Source of the DNA: a virus
Taxonomy: Duplodnaviria; Caudoviricetes
Reading direction: 5' to 3' (one strand)
DNA length: 48,307 nucleotides
IMG/VR virus record: IMGVR_UViG_3300011403_000004
Coordinates: 1-48,307 of that record
The notes below the pieces were generated by a model. It saw nothing but the letters and a program-made list of their open reading frames with translations, had not been told where the DNA came from and searched no databases. The translations under genes and the position numbers were made by a program. Shown one piece after another: positions 8,858-18,520 of the stretch (positions are counted from its first letter, which is position 1; each line of letters opens with the position of its first letter).

Positions 8858-9148
8858 TTACGGCCTCATTCCTTCGAAGATGTCGTCAAAGCCCTGATTC
8901 TTGAACGCCTGAAGGAGCGTTGGAATAGCGGCGAAGAAGGCATCGATCATTGTCTTATCAATGTGCACGAGCCCCGGTTGGCTGGTAAAGTCACTGTCAA
9001 CGAACACCAGCGGCGTCCCATTCGGCCCGCCGCTATCGCGCTGAGCGCGCAAGGCGTCGAGCCTGTACAGTGTATCCATCAGTGCAGGCGCAAGCCCGGT
9101 AGCAATAGTCGCAACTCTTCGGCGCTTCTCAACCTGATCGACTGCCAT
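8858..9148 (-). CDS. Hypothetical late protein
   Basis: GAAGGGA RBS before MAVDQVE. Confidence 0.65.
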   Translation of the reverse strand: MAVDQVEKRRRVATIATGLAPALMDTLYRLDALRAQRDSGGPNGTPLVFVDSDFTSQPGLVHIDKTMIDAFFAAIPTLLQAFKNQGFDDIFEGMRP

Positions 9149-9164
9149 GGCTTTTCCCTTCTTT

Positions 9165-9653
9165 CTAGGCAACGAAGTATGTCACGGTAAAGATGATCGT
9201 ACCGGCGGCCTCGATCGCCACCTGGGTCGGCGCGGCGTTCGTGAGCGGTGATGACATGAGAAAGAGTGCGGCATTCGGATTCAGAATCATCATCGGCGTA
9301 TTATTGGCGAACGTCACACCGGACAACCACAGCGAACCAGAAAAAATCTGGTTGGTCACGTTCGCGCTTGTGAAGGGAAGCGACACATTCACGTTGCCCG
9401 TTCCCGTTGCCGCCGTCCATACAATTGCCCCCTGGACAATTGCCGCCCGTCCGATCCGTGTCCACGATCCGACCTGCGTTGTGTAGGTCGTGACGCCTGG
9501 GGTTGTGCCGCCGAGATAGGTTGGCACATAAGTGCCGGTATCATAGAATTGTGAATAGCCCGGAACATTGCCGGGTACCTCGCGCGTCTCGGTCTGCTTC
9601 AAGCGCTTGTTGTTGTCGTAGAGCAGCTTGAGCATGTCGTTCTGATCGCTCAT
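9165..9653 (-). CDS. Minor tail / short fibre protein
   Basis: N-terminal coiled coil, then GSWTRIGR...SLPF, a typical fibre tip; ATGA-coupled. Confidence 0.7.
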   Translation of the reverse strand: MSDQNDMLKLLYDNNKRLKQTETREVPGNVPGYSQFYDTGTYVPTYLGGTTPGVTTYTTQVGSWTRIGRAAIVQGAIVWTAATGTGNVNVSLPFTSANVTNQIFSGSLWLSGVTFANNTPMMILNPNAALFLMSSPLTNAAPTQVAIEAAGTIIFTVTYFVA

Positions 9654-10798
9654 GTCACGCTCCTGAGCCCGCATGAGACTTTGCGCCCGTTGCCGTCGAT
9701 CCGCTCGCGAATCAGGTCGAGCCTGACATCGTATTGTAGGGCCCCCTGCTCACAGGTCACGATGTCGCCAAGATCGAAGTCTATACCTCTGGTAAGGGCC
9801 GGCGTCTCGACAAGCTCGCCCGTAAACAGGATCAGCGGGCGCGCGGCCCTGAGCATACTATCGGCTTCATCGTCGACCGCTGCCTGACTGGCCACGTTCG
9901 TCGCATCTCTGAAGCGCTCGCGCCGCCCGAATGGGCTCGCCGACGCCCTGACGCTATCGAACGCGGTGCCGATCAGCCGGTCGGCCTCTTCGCCTTGCCC
10001 CCCGGCAACGATGAAGTTGGCAGCCTCAGTGTAGTCTATGACAAGGTGCGCATCGATCAGGTTGCCCCGAGCCTGGGCCAGAATAACCGGACTGCCGGTG
10101 CCGGCTCGACGATCAACCCCGCGCTGTGTGGCGTATGTTCTGAGCTCAAAGGTTGACTCGGTCGTCGCGTAGATCTCGAAGGTTAGATAGGTGCCGGCGG
10201 TCGTCGAGGCCTGGGCCAAGTCGGTGCACACATCCAGCAGGTTGCGCCGCGATCCGCTCTTTGCGATGCTCGCCCCGAGCCCCAGGTTGGCCTGACTGGT
10301 CAGATACGCTGACACATCGGCGTATGTCTCGACCCCATCGCGATCAGCGGTGACAATGCCGCTCAGCATGTTCTGAGAGACAAACGATTTGATCTGGTTG
10401 TCGGCCGCAGCCGCCGCCTTGGTCGAGTAGGTCGACCCAGCCGCATAGGCGATGATCCGCCGGTCGAGCAGGTTGTTGGCGTGATAGGCCCGGACAAAGA
10501 TCGAGGTTGGCCCATAGTCGATATAGCGGATCATATAGATCGCGCCGTTGTCGAGATACGGTGCCGCCCCGTTGATCGAGCGCCACACGCCGATCCGGCC
10601 ATCTTCCATGAGAAACGAGGTGTTAAAGCTGGTCGGTAGCGTCGTCTCAAGCACGCCGACCGCCCCAGGGCTGCAGTTCAGCGTATAGTCGAGCGGCACT
10701 GTCGCCTGCCCATCGCCGCCCGGCGTGCCATACGTGGCACACTCGACCAGCGGCACACCGAACGGATCACCGAATCGCAGCGTCGTGAATACTGCCAT
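9650..10798 (-). CDS. Baseplate hub / minor tail protein (ReqiPepy6 Gp37-like)
   Basis: Follows Dit; VAGGQGEEADR, GRRERFRDA and DFDLGDIVT motifs. Confidence 0.75.
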   Translation of the reverse strand: MAVFTTLRFGDPFGVPLVECATYGTPGGDGQATVPLDYTLNCSPGAVGVLETTLPTSFNTSFLMEDGRIGVWRSINGAAPYLDNGAIYMIRYIDYGPTSIFVRAYHANNLLDRRIIAYAAGSTYSTKAAAAADNQIKSFVSQNMLSGIVTADRDGVETYADVSAYLTSQANLGLGASIAKSGSRRNLLDVCTDLAQASTTAGTYLTFEIYATTESTFELRTYATQRGVDRRAGTGSPVILAQARGNLIDAHLVIDYTEAANFIVAGGQGEEADRLIGTAFDSVRASASPFGRRERFRDATNVASQAAVDDEADSMLRAARPLILFTGELVETPALTRGIDFDLGDIVTCEQGALQYDVRLDLIRERIDGNGRKVSCGLRSVT

Positions 10799-13284
10799 TA
10801 TGGCACATCGTCGAGCGATACATAGGCCGGGCGAAAGTACATGACAGCCGTTACGGTGCTGTCAGCCGCAAAGAAGCTAATGATATTCGGCCCCGGCTGT
10901 AAGAAAAAGTCAGCGGTATTACTCCCAGCCATGATCTTACTGGCGATGTTGCCTTGAAAGGTCGAGGTAAACGATAGGTTATCCGGCGTGAAGACGAGGG
11001 TTGCCGTTTCGCCCGGTTGCATCGTGTAGTTAAAGAAGATCGATCGGTTGGTTGTTACGTTGATCACCTGCCAGATCCGCGATGCCGTCGATGTCGGCCC
11101 CGTCAGGTAGAGCGTCGGATAGGTGCGCGCAGAGCCGGGGTTGGTTACGGTTGCAGTACCTGCCGTTGTTGCGGTGCCGGTATCATTGTAGCCAACCGCG
11201 ATCTTGCCGTCGATCGATGTTGTCATGGACAGCACCGGCAGGCTAGGGGTTGTCGGCAGGTCAGCGTCGAGCGGCGTATAGGTGCCGCCATTCCAGATCG
11301 CGAGCGGATCGGGAAAGGTGATCCCGTTGGCGGTCGAGAAGCCCCCGCCAAACAGTATTCGGCCATCTGGTAAAGTTTTCGCAACGCCGTCGCCGGTTTG
11401 CGTAACGACGCCCGAGCCAAGCGCCGACCATGTGATCCCATTCCAGACCGCAGTGCCGATCGCCGTCACTCCCCCAGCCGTCACAAACGCACCGATCACA
11501 TAGACTCGACCATCAGCCCCGATCGTGATTCCGGGCCCCTCGATGCCGGCCCCGAGCCCGGTCGAGAGCGCCGACCATGTGCCGCCCGTAATGCTATAGC
11601 GTGCGATGTTATCTTGACTGGCATCCGCATTCAGATTCGTAAAGGTGCCGCCGACATACAGCGCGCCATCAAAGCCCTGCTGTACGGCAAACGCGGTGCT
11701 GACGGCAACATGCGTAATAATGTTTGTCCATGTCGATCCATTCCAGCGGTCGAGCGTCGCGCGGATCGCCGCGTTGTTGCCGGCAACATACAGATTGCCA
11801 TCGCTCGCAAAGATCAGCTGCTGCCCCGGATTGATCATGGTGCCGGTTGCCCCGACGACTGCCCAGGCCCCGCCCGTAAAGCGCACGACGGTGCCGGTAA
11901 CGCCGCCGATCGTGACCGATGCCCCCAGGCTGGCATAGATTGTGCCGTCTGGGCCCTGCGCAAACCCTTGCGGGGCAGCTGCCAGGCCCGCGCCCATGGC
12001 GCTAAAGGTTGTGCCGTCCCATGAGCCGACCCGCGTTTGTGGCGTTGTGAAGTCGCCACCGACGATCAGCTGACTATTCGAGGTATACAGCAGCGTATTG
12101 ACCGCGTTGTTAAAGTTCGTCGCGATCCGCTGCCATGTGCCGTTGGCCAAGCGCTCAGCAACATAGGCCATGGTGGTAACGGAGTTTTGCACATCGAGCG
12201 CCGCCCCGACCTCCTGATCGGCAAGCACCACCCCCAGATACTGGGTAAACGTGATCGGGGCAACCGACGCGAGATGGTTATCAGTCTGCCCCTCTAATCC
12301 TCCTTGATATTTGCCCAGCAGCCTGCATGTCGAGGTTGACAGTTGCCCGCATTCGTCGAGCACATCGCGCAACAGTACCAATCGCTGATCAAGCGCAACC
12401 AGATCGCGATCGAGCAGTCTCGACAGCCCGCCGCGCTGCTGCCTGAGCGTCAGATAGTCAGCGCCTGACTCGAAGTTGCCCTGTATCGTGAATTGTCGCG
12501 ACGGCTTGCGCGTGTAATCGTCGTACCCGCCATCGATCCGCGCATACTCAGTTGCAACGTTCTGTGGCGGGGCGAGCCCCAGGCCGATCAGCGCCGTCAG
12601 GAAGAAGCCGAAGTATCTAAATGGTACCACCATGCCCCCCGCGCGTGTAAGGCCGCCGCGCGAACTCGTCGAGGCATGCGGCGTGCCATTCCAGAAGTAG
12701 GCCGGGGGCTGCTGGTTTGGGACTAGCCCCTGCTGACTGCCGTCGATGAACGTGCTAACCGTTTCGCCGGCCGCCAACGCCTCGACCTGGGCCCCGTCGA
12801 GGTAAAAGACTGATGTTTCTGTGCCGCCCGCCTTGCGCACGGTCAGCCGCCGCGTTGTTGTGCTGCTCTCAGTATAGTACCCATACATCCACTGCCAGCG
12901 CCCCGATGCGACGAACGTGATCGCCGCAAGCTCGACCGATCCGGTTGTCTCAAGCGCAAGTTTGTAGCTTCTGCCGGCAACCCCGAGCACCTTACAGGAA
13001 TAGGCGTAGACAGTGCCGCTGACGAGTGATACGGTATCATAGCGCGCCCCATCGGTTGTTGAGCTTGACGGTGTGACAGACAGGCTATACGCGCCATGAT
13101 ACTGCTGGGTCGTCGAGCGAGCGATGCTGCCGCCGATCGCCGTCCAGCTGGTTGTATTCGTCTCAAAGCTGGGATTAGTGACAAGGTTTGTCCGGGCGAT
13201 CGGCACAATCACGCTGATCCGGTCGTCGAGCGGATAGCCCGTAACGATCGGCGGCAGCGTAACGTAGTTACGGGTTTGCATCAT
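10798..13284 (-). CDS. Evolved distal tail protein with carbohydrate-binding module and beta-propeller insertion
   Basis: Follows the TMP; NLVTNPSFE (CBM4/9-like), LYVGGxFT/WDGxxWSAL repeats, Dit-like C-terminus (NPGSARTYP...FFLQPGPN). Confidence 0.7.
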   Translation of the reverse strand: MMQTRNYVTLPPIVTGYPLDDRISVIVPIARTNLVTNPSFETNTTSWTAIGGSIARSTTQQYHGAYSLSVTPSSSTTDGARYDTVSLVSGTVYAYSCKVLGVAGRSYKLALETTGSVELAAITFVASGRWQWMYGYYTESSTTTRRLTVRKAGGTETSVFYLDGAQVEALAAGETVSTFIDGSQQGLVPNQQPPAYFWNGTPHASTSSRGGLTRAGGMVVPFRYFGFFLTALIGLGLAPPQNVATEYARIDGGYDDYTRKPSRQFTIQGNFESGADYLTLRQQRGGLSRLLDRDLVALDQRLVLLRDVLDECGQLSTSTCRLLGKYQGGLEGQTDNHLASVAPITFTQYLGVVLADQEVGAALDVQNSVTTMAYVAERLANGTWQRIATNFNNAVNTLLYTSNSQLIVGGDFTTPQTRVGSWDGTTFSAMGAGLAAAPQGFAQGPDGTIYASLGASVTIGGVTGTVVRFTGGAWAVVGATGTMINPGQQLIFASDGNLYVAGNNAAIRATLDRWNGSTWTNIITHVAVSTAFAVQQGFDGALYVGGTFTNLNADASQDNIARYSITGGTWSALSTGLGAGIEGPGITIGADGRVYVIGAFVTAGGVTAIGTAVWNGITWSALGSGVVTQTGDGVAKTLPDGRILFGGGFSTANGITFPDPLAIWNGGTYTPLDADLPTTPSLPVLSMTTSIDGKIAVGYNDTGTATTAGTATVTNPGSARTYPTLYLTGPTSTASRIWQVINVTTNRSIFFNYTMQPGETATLVFTPDNLSFTSTFQGNIASKIMAGSNTADFFLQPGPNIISFFAADSTVTAVMYFRPAYVSLDDVP

Positions 13285-16169
13285 AAGAGCGCCGCCCCTG
13301 CTATCGCCATGCTCGACTGTAAGGCCCCCGGCGAATTGTTCGTATAGATCGGCATGTTGAGATTGGTCGTGCTGCTATAGCTGGTCTGCCCGGTATAGGC
13401 CGGGTTGGTCGGCGTCTGACTCGGGTAGGCCGCCTTATTGTAGATACCGGCGAGCAGGTCGACGATCTTGATCTGATCGTCGGTCAGGTTCATGCCTGAC
13501 AGGGCCATAATAATATCGTTGATCTGGTTTGCGACATCTTGCAAGGGGCTGCTCGCCCCTTCTTGCTTCTTGTAAAACTGATCAAGCTCAGCATCCTGGG
13601 CCCGGCTGATCAGGATCAGCTGCTTGTTGAGCCGATCTTGATCGTCCTGCTCAGTCGCGTCGGCAATCTGCTGGCGTATCTTCAGAAGCTCAAACTCATG
13701 ACCGCTGACCATCTTGAAGTAATCGGCCTGGGCCTTCGGATCCGCAAAGAGCGACTGCGATTTTTTGAGCAGCGTATCGAGATCCTGACTAACAATCTTC
13801 TGGGTGAAGGCATCTTCTATCTTGCCGATGTCGTCGAGGTTCTTCGCCATCTGCCGATCAATCGATGCCGTCGACCCGAAGCCCTCCGCTAAGGCGTTAT
13901 TCATCGCCTGCCCGATGCTCTCCATTTCTTTGATCAGGTCATCGCTGATCGTGCTGATCATGGTCGTCAGCTGGGGCCATTCGCGCTCGATGCCTTGGAC
14001 AAAGCCCTGCACAACGAACTCGCCGATCGTCGCAAACTCCTTCGACGGACTGCTGATCCCTAGCGCGTCCTTGGCCGCCCCGAGCGCATCGCTTGCCAAG
14101 TCGCGCAACGTCGAGAACAGCGCCCCGGCCGAACTCTCGATCCCGTTGATAATACCGGATACAATATTACTACCGACCTCGCCCCAGTCGATACTATCGG
14201 CGATGTCGAGCATCATATTCCAATTATTCTCCCAGGTCTTTACAAGGTCGTCGAGGCTGGTATCGAAGATGCCCGCGATCATGTCAAGAAAGCCCTTGAT
14301 CGCCCCCTGGATTGCGGTGATCTGGGCCTTGCCAACGTCGAGCAGGGCCTTCCATGCGCCGTCCCAGTCGCCCTTTAGGAGCGCGAGCGCGACTTTAAAC
14401 ACGCCCTTGATCGTCTCAAGCGCCCCGGTAATGATCGAGGTGATCAGGTTCCATGCGCCGCTCAGGATCTTCTGTATCTCGCTGCCGTGATCGTTAATAA
14501 AGCCCGCGATGGCCTGCAAGATCGGCGGCACAATACTATTGTAGACTTCCAGCGCGAGGGTCACAATTTCAATGATGCTATCCCAGGTCGACTGGAAGAA
14601 CGCGCTGATCTCGTCGCCATGCTCAGCTATAAACGCCTGAATGACCGGCAGCACCGACTGAGCGATGGCCATGTAGCCATCCATGACGTTCTCGATCACG
14701 CTGAGCGCGGTATTCCACACGCCGTTCAGATCCTCAACCTTGTCTTCTAAGGCTGCCGACGCCTGCCCGCCCTTATTGAACTCGCCGATCAGCGCCTGAA
14801 TCTCTGCCGCGATATCCTGTATAAATGCGATGCCCTCGCTCACATTATCAATGAAGCCCTTGATCTCAGTCGCGACATCTTTCATCGCTGGGGATAGTTT
14901 GTTGAAGGCCTCTTCATCCCCCAGCAGCGCCGACGCGAGATCGGTCAGCATATTTACGCCCGGCGCGATCACGCCGTCGAGCAACTCGCTCATGACCGGC
15001 AGCAACGCCGATCCGATCGTAATCTTCAGGGCCTCGACCGATCCCATGGCATTATCAAGCGATGTCTCGAAGCCCTGCTGCTTGAGTGCCGCCGTCTCAG
15101 CGACGCCGTTCGCAACGTTCATGGCTTCGGCCATGTTCGCATACGCCGCCGCCCCGCCATCGGCAAGGGCCGCCGCCGCGCTCATGGCATCGTTGCCGAA
15201 GATCTGCTGGAGCAGGCTGGCCTGCTGTTCCTTTGTCAGTCCCTTCAGACTTTCTTGCAGCATGCCGCTGGCCTGCTCGAAGCCCACAAAGTTACCGGCA
15301 GCATCGTAGAACGCCGATCCGGTTTCCTCAGTGAACAGGCCCAGGCTGGCCATGGCGTCGCGCGCCGGGTCGGTCGTCGGCTGCAGCCGCGCGATCATGT
15401 TCTTGAGTGAGTTGCCCGCTTCGGAGCTCGACGCGAATCGCGGGGCGAGCAGCGCGAGGGTTGTCGTCAGATCGCCGAAGCCAACACCGGCTGTTTTGGC
15501 GATGCCTTGCGCGTTAAAGATGCCCCGGCTCAGCCCCTCGACATCGGTCGCCGATGCGTTGGCGGCCTTGGCCATAAGATCGGTCGCTAATGTCAGGAAG
15601 TCTGTTTTCTCCTGGGCCGTTGCGTTGGCGGCAGTCCAGCCCCCGAGCACCTTCGACGATATCTCAGCCGCCTTGACGAGATCGCCATCCATCGCCGCCG
15701 CTGCGAACTGAATGTTTCTCTCAAGGCCCCCGGCCGCGATGATCGCCGGATCAATGCCGCCCTTAACCATCTCGATCGCCGCTGCCTGCACGTCGCTTGT
15801 GCTGACTGGCAGCCGCTTGCCGATGTCGAGAAACAGATCCCTAAACTCTTCAAGCCCGCTCGCGTCGACTTCTTTCCCTGCCACGGCTTGAAAGTTGAGC
15901 ATACCACTTTCAAACTCGCCCGCCAGACCGATCGAGTCCTTGACAAAGCCGCCGATCGCCTTGGCCCCCTGAATGCCAAACTCAACCAGCGCGGCCCCCA
16001 CATGGCGCAAGGCCCCGGTGATCACCTCTTGAAACGCGCCCGCGCTCTTATCGCCCGATCCCAGGGTCTTATAGAAGCCGGTTGTCTCTTTGTCGGCTTT
16101 GTTGATGTCGCTGATGTAGGCGCTGACGCCTTGCGCGATCAGTTGTATACCGGCTTCGTCGAGGGCCAT
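13281..16169 (-). CDS. Tape measure protein (TP901-family core)
   Basis: 962 aa, Ala-rich; SEAGNSLK and IFGNDA motifs; periodic Trp/Phe repeats. Confidence 0.93.
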   Translation of the reverse strand: MALDEAGIQLIAQGVSAYISDINKADKETTGFYKTLGSGDKSAGAFQEVITGALRHVGAALVEFGIQGAKAIGGFVKDSIGLAGEFESGMLNFQAVAGKEVDASGLEEFRDLFLDIGKRLPVSTSDVQAAAIEMVKGGIDPAIIAAGGLERNIQFAAAAMDGDLVKAAEISSKVLGGWTAANATAQEKTDFLTLATDLMAKAANASATDVEGLSRGIFNAQGIAKTAGVGFGDLTTTLALLAPRFASSSEAGNSLKNMIARLQPTTDPARDAMASLGLFTEETGSAFYDAAGNFVGFEQASGMLQESLKGLTKEQQASLLQQIFGNDAMSAAAALADGGAAAYANMAEAMNVANGVAETAALKQQGFETSLDNAMGSVEALKITIGSALLPVMSELLDGVIAPGVNMLTDLASALLGDEEAFNKLSPAMKDVATEIKGFIDNVSEGIAFIQDIAAEIQALIGEFNKGGQASAALEDKVEDLNGVWNTALSVIENVMDGYMAIAQSVLPVIQAFIAEHGDEISAFFQSTWDSIIEIVTLALEVYNSIVPPILQAIAGFINDHGSEIQKILSGAWNLITSIITGALETIKGVFKVALALLKGDWDGAWKALLDVGKAQITAIQGAIKGFLDMIAGIFDTSLDDLVKTWENNWNMMLDIADSIDWGEVGSNIVSGIINGIESSAGALFSTLRDLASDALGAAKDALGISSPSKEFATIGEFVVQGFVQGIEREWPQLTTMISTISDDLIKEMESIGQAMNNALAEGFGSTASIDRQMAKNLDDIGKIEDAFTQKIVSQDLDTLLKKSQSLFADPKAQADYFKMVSGHEFELLKIRQQIADATEQDDQDRLNKQLILISRAQDAELDQFYKKQEGASSPLQDVANQINDIIMALSGMNLTDDQIKIVDLLAGIYNKAAYPSQTPTNPAYTGQTSYSSTTNLNMPIYTNNSPGALQSSMAIAGAALL

Positions 16170-16171
16170 GC

Positions 16172-16435
16172 TTAACGCCTGCTTGCGCGCCGCTGCTTGC
16201 GCAGCCGGTCGAGCGCTTCTTGATACTCAAAACCATGCTCGATGTCATACTCAGCCGCATAGGCTGCTTGATCGTCCCCGTCGAGCTCGCGAAAATACTC
16301 CCAGGTCAGGCCCCGCCAGCGTGCCACGCGCCGCAACTTATAGATCCATGCGTAGGACTGCGGGCCGCGCTTGCCTGCGAACTTCTCAAGCGGCGTCCCT
16401 TTCCAGGTTGCCCGGAAACATGCGCCGGTGCAGTG
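16172..16435 (-). CDS. Frameshifted extension of tail assembly chaperone (gpGT-like), +1 frame
   Basis: Open frame with no suitable start codon, overlapping the chaperone 3' end and ending 2 nt before the TMP ATG (TWKGTPLEKF...WRGLTWEYFRELDGDDQAAYAA). Confidence 0.7.
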   Translation of the reverse strand, partial: HCTGACFRATWKGTPLEKFAGKRGPQSYAWIYKLRRVARWRGLTWEYFRELDGDDQAAYAAEYDIEHGFEYQEALDRLRKQRRASRR

Positions 16436-16946
16436 CTACCTGAGCTTCCTGGGGCAAGCCCCGGCCGAAGACTTCCATAAACAACCGTGATTGATCGTCG
16501 TTGGTCGGCGCGATCACGTACCCGAGATACGCGGATCGATCGTTCTCTGGGAGCTCGATCCCTAGCAGCGCATAGGTTTCGCGCAGGTCGTCGAGCCGAG
16601 CCTGATCGACCTCGAAGACCAGGCCGATCCGCTCCATGACGAGCAGCAGCTTCTGACTGGTTGCGCTCGACACGCGCCCGCGCCACTCCGCTAGTGCTGC
16701 TTGATACTCTGGATTGTGCTCGTTCGGGATGTCGCGCCATACGTTCGGCTCAGTTTCCATCTTCTGGGTTGGGACTGCCGGGCGATCGGCTTCTAATTCG
16801 CGCTCAGCCGCCGCCTGGGCCTTGCCCATCACATCGCCCGGCTGCCGGTTGAGCTTGACACTGATCCCGCTCGACAGCGTGATCCACTGGGCCTGGGCCG
16901 GCTTGGCATGTCCATTCACATGGATCAACTCTTCGGTGATTGTCAT
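16386..16946 (-). CDS. Tail assembly chaperone (gpG-like)
   Basis: Lies between the major tail gene and the TMP; GGGGGA RBS. Confidence 0.75.
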   Translation of the reverse strand: MTITEELIHVNGHAKPAQAQWITLSSGISVKLNRQPGDVMGKAQAAAERELEADRPAVPTQKMETEPNVWRDIPNEHNPEYQAALAEWRGRVSSATSQKLLLVMERIGLVFEVDQARLDDLRETYALLGIELPENDRSAYLGYVIAPTNDDQSRLFMEVFGRGLPQEAQVALHRRMFPGNLERDAA

Positions 16947-16984
16947 ATATCCCCCGTAAGGCCCCTAGGAAGCCCGTAGCGCTC

Positions 16985-18508
16985 TTATAGGATGGTCGGC
17001 GCGCCGCTGATCAGAATACCGTCAGTCAGGCTGCTGGCGAGCCCGGCAACACACAAGTAATTCGCCGCAATCCCGATGTCGCTTGCGGTCGGATAGGCGA
17101 GCCGATTGGCCCGCGCAAACACTGGCCATGATCCGATCCGCACCGTTCCGGCGTTATCGGCCCAGGTGCCGCCGCCGTCAAGGCTGGTTATCAGGTATGC
17201 GACGGATGAAAGCGCATACGCAATCCAGCAGACCTCGCGCGTTGCGAAAATGATGTCTTGCACGGTGCCGCCTGTGCGGGGCAGCCCTGCGGTTGCCCAG
17301 GTTGCGCCGTTGTTGATCGTGTGATAGACGTTGCCGTCAGCCCCGCCAACCCAGATATCCCTGCTCGACAGCACTGCAACCGCTGACAACGTTGTTGCTG
17401 CCGGCGCGCTCAGGCTCGACCATGTGGTACCGTTGTTGGTCGAGCGATACACTCGGCCATTGGCCCCGACGGCCACGATCGTTTCTGCGATGCCGCTGAT
17501 CCGTGAGAAGTTGTCAGTGCCGCCACTGTCGATCAGCGTTGGCGCGATGGCGATATCCGCCGTGCGATAGATCCGGCCCGAGCTTGCACAGAAGTAAATC
17601 GCCTGGGCCGACTGCACATACACATCAGTCATGGCAACCGGTAGGGTAACACTGTTCCATGTCGACGGGGCCCCAGTATCCTGATTAAGCTGAGTCCAGA
17701 ACAGAGTCACCGCGTTCGTCCCTACGAACAGGATTGAGCCGCTGATGTCGATGTAGGCCGGCTCAGCACTCAGCCCGATCCCAGTGATGCTCGACGTTGC
17801 CCAGGTCAGCCCGCCATCGAGCGAATACACAACCTGCCCCGGGGCCCCTGGGCTGCCCACGTTGGCGCGCGTCAGGGCATAGATCAGCTGGGTACCATCG
17901 TTCGCAACGCCGCAGTTGCCGCAGGTGTTGACCGTACCATAGACCACATCGATCACCTCGACGACCACATCAGTTGTTGCTTCCTCGCCGAAGGATACAA
18001 CGCCGACCGGATAGATCGCGATGCCCTTTGCGTCTGCCGTGTCTTTGAGTGGGTCGTCGGCGTCCATCGCCATGCGGGTTCCCAGGTCGACCGTTCCTTC
18101 AAACTTCATGCCGCTGTAGATCAGCATGTAGCTTTCCCAGCCGCGATAGAAGTCTGACAGATCCGCACACCGGCCATGCACCTCGTACAGATTAAAGCTA
18201 CAGAGCGGGGCCGTTAAGATCCTGGGGATGCCGCCCCAGGATTCGAGGAATACCAGACTGACCGTCGGCAGATCGGGCGCGCTGAGCGTACGACTGACCA
18301 ACCGATACTTGTCCGGTCGACGCGGATCAGGCACATAGATCGGGTCGATCGATCCGTTGGTCGGCAGGGCCGCGCCGTCGATAAAGTTATACTCGGTGTT
18401 GATCCCAAAGAAATAGCGCGTGCCGCCTGGGCCTGACGGCTGGTAAAATGAACGTGTGCCAAGATTCTTGATCAGTTCGCTGTCGTCGAGTACGGTACCT
18501 GCTGCCAT
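16985..18508 (-). CDS. Probable major tail protein with C-terminal BNR/Asp-box beta-propeller
   Basis: Strong AAGGAGG RBS, directly upstream of the chaperone; SLDGGLTW, STNNGTTW, TINNGATW and SLDGGGTW repeats. Confidence 0.65.
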   Translation of the reverse strand: MAAGTVLDDSELIKNLGTRSFYQPSGPGGTRYFFGINTEYNFIDGAALPTNGSIDPIYVPDPRRPDKYRLVSRTLSAPDLPTVSLVFLESWGGIPRILTAPLCSFNLYEVHGRCADLSDFYRGWESYMLIYSGMKFEGTVDLGTRMAMDADDPLKDTADAKGIAIYPVGVVSFGEEATTDVVVEVIDVVYGTVNTCGNCGVANDGTQLIYALTRANVGSPGAPGQVVYSLDGGLTWATSSITGIGLSAEPAYIDISGSILFVGTNAVTLFWTQLNQDTGAPSTWNSVTLPVAMTDVYVQSAQAIYFCASSGRIYRTADIAIAPTLIDSGGTDNFSRISGIAETIVAVGANGRVYRSTNNGTTWSSLSAPAATTLSAVAVLSSRDIWVGGADGNVYHTINNGATWATAGLPRTGGTVQDIIFATREVCWIAYALSSVAYLITSLDGGGTWADNAGTVRIGSWPVFARANRLAYPTASDIGIAANYLCVAGLASSLTDGILISGAPTIL

Positions 18509-18520
18509 GGGGTGCCTCCT

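Noticed and set aside
10153-16480. Many plus-strand ORFs opposite tail genes (e.g. 13804-14490, 11398-12024)
   Set aside because: Antisense shadows typical of high-GC coding DNA, with no motifs or RBS.
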